Source: Flavobacterium sp.
Lineage (GTDB): Bacteria; Bacteroidota; Bacteroidia; Flavobacteriales; Flavobacteriaceae
Direction of reading: 5' to 3'
NCBI GenBank assembly: GCA_043731625.1
Contig: JAYTIV010000073.1
Location: 227 to 64,226 of the forward strand
DNA length: 64,000 nucleotides
Part shown: in pieces, positions 58,658-64,000 of the stretch
Layout of the letters: each line of letters begins with the position of its first letter
Numbering within the stretch: position 1 is the first letter of the stretch
Program-made: the position numbers and the translations under genes
Notes under the pieces: generated by a model
The model's database searches: none
Told to the model about the DNA's origin: nothing
Seen by the model: only the letters and a program-made list of their open reading frames with translations

Positions 58658-59770
58658 TTAAGCAAAACAACAATCTCCGTCTCCAAAATTTATTCTTATG
58701 TTATCAAAATTTGACCTATCGAATACTTTTGAAATTATTGATTGTTTTATTTTTTTTGTTTTATATAAAAACACATTAGATTTTTTAAGATTCTCACAAA
58801 TAGCTTCATCATAGCATATAATTTCTCTAGTGTTTTGTGTAATGTTTTGGAGTTTTATTATATCCGAAATTATGTTTGTGTGTTTGTTGTTATCATAATA
58901 AGAAAATAATACTTTACAAACGTAGTTCCTTTTTTGAAGTATTACAAAACCAATACATTCCTCTTGTTTTTTAATTTTGATATAGCTAAATTCAAATTCT
59001 TTATCGTACATTGAAAATTGATATTTACTTTTTTCTGTAAATTCTAGTAATGGTGCTTGTTGTACCCAATTGTATGCTTTCAACCATTCAAAATAATCGA
59101 CTGATTTATACGATATATCTTTTTTATTGAATTTATTTATAACCGTCAATGTTTCACTATCAATACTATTTAAATATTCAATTTTAACATCATTCAAACG
59201 ATTTACTATTGATTTCTTTTGCATAAGTAATTTACAATTAATAAAAATATTTAAAAAGGTGTCTATTATTTTAAATATAGAATCAAACTTTGGGATTTTT
59301 GGAAAAAGTACAGGAATTAAAAACGCAAGATTACTTCTTAACACGGCTTTTATGCCAATGTTATTTTTAAGTGTTGTAAAATAACCTGATTTGTCATAAA
59401 CTCTTTTGGCACTAGGTGTAAATTGTGAAATTCCAATTTGTCCTTTATTTGCATTATACATTGTGCTAAGAATTTCTCGCCCAATACCAGTGCCTTTTGT
59501 TTTTGGATGCACCCACCAAGTTGAAAGCCAGCTTATTTTTTTTTCACTACCGTCGATATTTATTTTATCGATAAAAACTCCCATGTAACCCAATAATTCA
59601 TTATCAATGTAGGCCAATAATAATACAATATCATTATCTTCAGAATTTGGATTTTTTGAATGTGCTAACAGACGGTGTTTGCTGATAGATAAAAAAGACT
59701 GATTCCAAAAACTGGAGTCATTAAGTAGCTCATGAATGTCTTTCTTGTAAATTTTTTTTATTTCTATCAT
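58658..59770 (-). CDS. GNAT family N-acyltransferase
   Basis: WLSTWWVHP..KGTGIG acetyl-CoA loop; terminal GDGD. Confidence 0.7.
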   Translation of the reverse strand: MIEIKKIYKKDIHELLNDSSFWNQSFLSISKHRLLAHSKNPNSEDNDIVLLLAYIDNELLGYMGVFIDKINIDGSEKKISWLSTWWVHPKTKGTGIGREILSTMYNANKGQIGISQFTPSAKRVYDKSGYFTTLKNNIGIKAVLRSNLAFLIPVLFPKIPKFDSIFKIIDTFLNIFINCKLLMQKKSIVNRLNDVKIEYLNSIDSETLTVINKFNKKDISYKSVDYFEWLKAYNWVQQAPLLEFTEKSKYQFSMYDKEFEFSYIKIKKQEECIGFVILQKRNYVCKVLFSYYDNNKHTNIISDIIKLQNITQNTREIICYDEAICENLKKSNVFLYKTKKIKQSIISKVFDRSNFDNIRINFGDGDCCFA

Positions 59771-60762
59771 TTTCTTTTAATTTGATATTTTCCAGTAATA
59801 CGATTGAAATATTTATAGAGATTTTCTGCAACGATATGCTTTTCAACTTGTTTTGTTGGGTTTTCAAATGAAACACGTTGAATAATTCTAAGGTCAACAT
59901 CTTTCTTTAATCCAGAATTCCCGAACAAAAGAATATTTTGGTCATACTGAAATAGTTCATTTAAAAGCTTTTTAGAAATATTTTTATCTGAAAAAGGAAA
60001 TGCAAATAAAGTGTAAGTAATCCCAAAATTACTTTTTAACCATTCAATGGAATCAATTATCTCATTTTTTTGTTCTTCAAAATTTAATTCATTTAACGGT
60101 GGATGAGTCATAGTATGCCCCCCAAAGAAGAAGCCGTCATCGATCATTTCTTGAATTTGCTCTTTTGAGATATAGGGTCTTTTTTCTTTTAAATAGAATT
60201 TTATATCGAGGTCCAATAGTCTTAAAACTTCATTGACTTTATCTCTTTCTGAGTAAGTAATGTTTCTGAATTTTGTAACAAATTCTTCGTTAGTTGTGTA
60301 ATTTATGTAAAATATTCTACTTATTTTCTCGACTAAGTCTTGCGCAAAATCAATTGCCCTCAAGTGACTAATAATAACACTTACATAATGCTTGTATAAG
60401 CCAATATTGTTGTCAACATATTCCGGATTTATAAAGAAGATTGCAGTAATTCCTCTTTCTTTTAAAATAGGATAAACTACACTATATATTTCCTCTAAAC
60501 CATCATCAAAGCTAAGAAGAAAAGTATTCTTTTGTGATTTGTTTAGAATTAAATCTAGTGGGTTAATTGGCGCGTAATTCTTAAGTAAGACCTCCAAATC
60601 ATTTTTGAATTGCTCGATATTTTTATAGAGATATAAATTTTCAATATGAGCTACTTTATTGTCTCTTACAATATGATAATAGGGAAAAAGAGATTGGTTT
60701 TTAAATGAAGAAAGAAGTTTCTTATTGGATATACGATACAACATGTTTTTGACGATTCCCAT
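59767..60762 (-). CDS. Polysaccharide deacetylase (CE4/NodB)
   Basis: LSFDDG, GGHTMTHP, FAFPF; start reassigned to MGIVKN. Confidence 0.85.
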   Translation of the reverse strand: MGIVKNMLYRISNKKLLSSFKNQSLFPYYHIVRDNKVAHIENLYLYKNIEQFKNDLEVLLKNYAPINPLDLILNKSQKNTFLLSFDDGLEEIYSVVYPILKERGITAIFFINPEYVDNNIGLYKHYVSVIISHLRAIDFAQDLVEKISRIFYINYTTNEEFVTKFRNITYSERDKVNEVLRLLDLDIKFYLKEKRPYISKEQIQEMIDDGFFFGGHTMTHPPLNELNFEEQKNEIIDSIEWLKSNFGITYTLFAFPFSDKNISKKLLNELFQYDQNILLFGNSGLKKDVDLRIIQRVSFENPTKQVEKHIVAENLYKYFNRITGKYQIKRK

Positions 60763-60843
60763 AATTATTATATTAAGAACTTTACTATAATTAAAAGTTC
60801 TGTTCGATGGTAAAAATAATGCTTTTGGATACAATTAAAACAA

Positions 60844-60877
60844 AAAAAGCCTTAAATAATTTTATCTAAGGCTTTTT
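60844..60877 (-). terminator. Intrinsic terminator
   Basis: AAAAAGCCTTA...TAAGGCTTTTT just downstream of the 1029-aa gene. Confidence 0.75.
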
Positions 60878-60893
60878 AAATCATTTCTTACTT

Positions 60894-63800
60894 TCAGTTT
60901 TTAATAATTTTTTTGTTGATATTTTTAGCATCAGTTGTTTCAATCGTCAAAATGTACAAACCATTATTATAACTTGAAACATCTACTTGATAGAAATTTG
61001 TAGGTTCAATCCTTTTTTCAAAAATTAATTTTCCATCTAGAGACAAAATACTAATTTTTGCAAACTTACATGTAGGCATATCAATCGACAACAATCCGTT
61101 TGTTGGATTAGGATATAGTTTTAGTTCATCTTTTGAAATAATTGAATTTTCCTCTTCATCAGCATATCTTGCAGAGGTCTGAGTACACGGTCCTATTTGC
61201 GCAGTAAAGTCACTTCCTGCTTTTACTTCTGAATCGGGGCTGAATGTAATTGTATTTCCAGCCTTTAAAGTTATAGTTAATCCTGAATTTACTAGGTAGT
61301 TCGTGTTAGTTGTAATTGAGCTTGCCGCCTGATAAGTAGCTAGAGTACTAGGCTCTATTGTGTTAAAAACTAGTATACCTGGACAAGATGTTGAAGAACA
61401 TGGTGAAACCGTAATGTTAGAATATAATGAAATTAAACACCCTAAATTATTAGTATACTTGTATTCAATAATATGCGTCCCTATTCCAGCAGTAGAGGCA
61501 TTGAAAGAATAAAATCCTCCTGAAAAAGAAACACCATTGCCAGAAAATACTCCACCTATCGGAGCAGGTAATAAAAAGTCTCGTAGATTAGGAAATACTT
61601 GTGTTTGACAAACTGAGCCTGGTAGATTCAATTCTGCTTGACTTAATTGTATAATACTTACATTATCAATAAAATAATATGTTAGCCCTTGTGCTGTCCA
61701 AGTACCGAAATCAACTGGAGTATAATTACAACCACCTATATTAGGGCCTGCAAAAGTATTTGATTGAAATCTTATATTATTATTTGTACCATATAGGTTA
61801 TTTTGATTTAAACCACCAATATATAAATATTCTTCACCTGAAACACTTCCTGTTGTAACTGTAAATGTAATTTTTTCCCAACCATTAGTATTTGTTGAAA
61901 TTGTTGGATTTGTAAATAACATATTAGGATTGTCTATCGGTATACTTCCGTATCCATCTGAATTTTGAATAAGCTGAGTGCTCAAAAAGGCTTGTATTGT
62001 TGCTGCATTAAAGCTGGCTGCTTCAGCTAGTGAAATATCAAAACTAAGTTGATATTTTGTATTTGCCAATAATTTTGATGCTAACTTGGTTTTAATACTT
62101 TCAGTAAAAATTTGACCAGGTCTTCCTTCTCGGATTAGATAAAATCCTGCATAGCCATTTCCACTATTATTATTTGAAGTTTGATAACCAAAAACACTAC
62201 ATGGTACATCAACAACAAAAGGACTTGATGAATTCAAATAATCAGCATTAGGATTTGCAACGTTTATAGTTGACCATCCACATGCAAAATTAAGTTGTGA
62301 AGGACCCGAAGGAATTTGAGAATATTGCTCAAAATCACCATTCATTACTACATTGCAATTACTTATTGTAGCACAATTTGATGAATCCATTACATAAACA
62401 TAGATGTAAGTTATGTTTCCTTTTTGAGTTCCGTTGACAGGAACATATCTTAACAGATGTACCCCTGGGTTTGTACTTAAGAAATTAATATTTGTTGTCG
62501 CATTTCCAGATATACTTGTTAAACCATTAAAAGTAGCTGTTGTGTCATATATATCTTTTAAACATTCAAAACTCGTGGCATTAAAATCATTACTAAGGAT
62601 TCTTTTAGATGTATCAGTAGAACTGTTAATAACAACTGTCGTATTAGCGTTTCCAAAAAAAATAAAACCACCAGAATTACTTATACCATCATTAATTCCA
62701 GCTACATTAATACCATTAGTAATATTACTGCCGTAGTAATTTGCAGGTGGTATTCCTTGTAAAGTAGAAGCAACACCATATATTGGTTGTATACTATAAC
62801 CTAAATCTACTAACGCTAATCGCTCTTCTTTTTTTAAATATCGCTTATTTATACCTAGACCATTTGCATTGCTCATGCTAAAATACAAATCGTTCCCTGA
62901 TGGGAACCCAGGAGGAGATGTAAAACAACCATCTTCAAAATGGCTTATACTGCTACCTTGACTCCAACAATTAGGTGTAAATACTGGTATAGGAGTGAGG
63001 GTATTGGGAGTACCCGAAAATTTAATCGCCGTTGAACAAGTTGTATTATTTGGTGTACTACAATCAGCATTAGGATGTAAAGTATTTACCAAGGAGGAAT
63101 TAAAACTATAATCATACATAGAAGAGCAAGTACTTCCACTCACAAGTAAATTTTGATTTAAGCTTGTTTTTAAAAATTTGTCATAACGTGAGTAATAATT
63201 GAATCCATTAGCAAATTTTGAACTTCCTGTTTCTCCAATTAAACTTACGAAACCCAAAGCATGCGTTACTTCGTGTAATACTGTTGTATACAAATCGTAT
63301 TGTGTTGAGTTCGCCAAGACTCCTCGATTTGTATTCCAAGTATAATTACTAAAATTAAAAGCCATCATGCCATGATAAAAAATACCAGAAGTGCCAGAGC
63401 TTATTCCTGCAGCTATTAATGGAGATGTCACATTGGTATAGGAATTAACCCCCGCATGAATCGTTTTCCAAATTTCATTATCCGCAATACCTCCAAAACC
63501 CGTAGCTGTATTATTAGGCATATTATAAAATGCTGTCGCTAAACCTAATACAGTAGATGGTACTCCATTAATTTGATTTATATCTCGAACCCAAATATTT
63601 ACTTTATTATTTAAGCCATTTGTTGATAATGGAGAATTTATAAATGCAGATATATCTTGAAATACTTGAATAACAACATTTCTTCTAGCTAAATGTATTG
63701 GGTTAGTATCATTTTCCATTCCGCTATTTGTTTCAAAAAAGAGATTAAAATAACCAGCTACAATTGGATTTGAAGTGGTTAAAATAGCTCCTGATTTTGA

Positions 63801-63983
63801 AACTCTTTCTCGATCAGTCTGAATGTCAATCAGATTGTATTTATTACCCAATTGGTCAAATACGTTGTCCATAAGTCCGCTGGGACTTAGATTTGAACTT
63901 ATTATACTATTAGGGTCTACTCTTTGTGCATAAATTGTCAATGAAGTAAAGAGCAACGATATAATTAATATTAGTTTTTTCAT
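60894..63983 (-). CDS. Large T9SS-secreted zinc metalloprotease-like multidomain protein
   Basis: Signal peptide; VLHEVTHALGF (HEXXH) and distal SHFE; NGDFE...YYFIDNVSI carbohydrate-binding-like domain; LYPNPT...NGLYIL C-terminal domain. Confidence 0.8.
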   Translation of the reverse strand: MKKLILIISLLFTSLTIYAQRVDPNSIISSNLSPSGLMDNVFDQLGNKYNLIDIQTDRERVSKSGAILTTSNPIVAGYFNLFFETNSGMENDTNPIHLARRNVVIQVFQDISAFINSPLSTNGLNNKVNIWVRDINQINGVPSTVLGLATAFYNMPNNTATGFGGIADNEIWKTIHAGVNSYTNVTSPLIAAGISSGTSGIFYHGMMAFNFSNYTWNTNRGVLANSTQYDLYTTVLHEVTHALGFVSLIGETGSSKFANGFNYYSRYDKFLKTSLNQNLLVSGSTCSSMYDYSFNSSLVNTLHPNADCSTPNNTTCSTAIKFSGTPNTLTPIPVFTPNCWSQGSSISHFEDGCFTSPPGFPSGNDLYFSMSNANGLGINKRYLKKEERLALVDLGYSIQPIYGVASTLQGIPPANYYGSNITNGINVAGINDGISNSGGFIFFGNANTTVVINSSTDTSKRILSNDFNATSFECLKDIYDTTATFNGLTSISGNATTNINFLSTNPGVHLLRYVPVNGTQKGNITYIYVYVMDSSNCATISNCNVVMNGDFEQYSQIPSGPSQLNFACGWSTINVANPNADYLNSSSPFVVDVPCSVFGYQTSNNNSGNGYAGFYLIREGRPGQIFTESIKTKLASKLLANTKYQLSFDISLAEAASFNAATIQAFLSTQLIQNSDGYGSIPIDNPNMLFTNPTISTNTNGWEKITFTVTTGSVSGEEYLYIGGLNQNNLYGTNNNIRFQSNTFAGPNIGGCNYTPVDFGTWTAQGLTYYFIDNVSIIQLSQAELNLPGSVCQTQVFPNLRDFLLPAPIGGVFSGNGVSFSGGFYSFNASTAGIGTHIIEYKYTNNLGCLISLYSNITVSPCSSTSCPGILVFNTIEPSTLATYQAASSITTNTNYLVNSGLTITLKAGNTITFSPDSEVKAGSDFTAQIGPCTQTSARYADEEENSIISKDELKLYPNPTNGLLSIDMPTCKFAKISILSLDGKLIFEKRIEPTNFYQVDVSSYNNGLYILTIETTDAKNINKKIIKN

Positions 63984-64000
63984 AATTCACTTTTTTAAAA

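Noticed and set aside
1660-62736. Many short (60-163 aa) ORFs overlapping or antisense to larger genes, e.g. 8937-9167, 14634-15125, 18626-19015, 62434-62736
   Set aside because: They are shadows of well-supported genes and have no recognisable motifs

Overview
AT-rich Bacteroidota (Flavobacterium-like) chromosomal window, judged from T9SS C-terminal sorting domains, TAnnTTTG promoters and gene content. It mixes core genes (fabG, mutS2-like, ung, nucleoside phosphorylase, SUI1, fused E1 dehydrogenase, fbaB) with accessory blocks. Three stand out. (1) 38777-47406: a seven-gene aromatic catabolic cluster whose anthraniloyl/salicylyl-CoA monooxygenase has lost two catalytic residues of its reductase domain (HxxHGY -> QAHHGF). 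It sits with a thioesterase, gentisate-type dioxygenase, FAH-family hydrolase, nitrilase-family enzyme and maleate isomerase, suggesting an anthranilate -> 5-hydroxyanthranilate -> maleamate -> fumarate route. (2) 1601-8901: an ECF sigma/anti-sigma locus with three copies of an identically spaced promoter motif, linking MbnP/MbnH, a T9SS YHYH protein, a T9SS sulfatase and a lipoprotein formylglycine-generating enzyme. (3) 1-1503: an integron-like cassette array (attC-like hairpin, complementary GTT/AAC cassette ends, one ORF-less cassette) running off the left edge with no integrase in view, plus a possibly decayed relative near 57.3 kb. Also present: a nonsense-interrupted acyltransferase, two tandem duplications and several dispersed palindromic repeats. 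No rRNA, tRNA, CRISPR array or transposase was seen. All assignments come from motif reading by eye; no database search was run.
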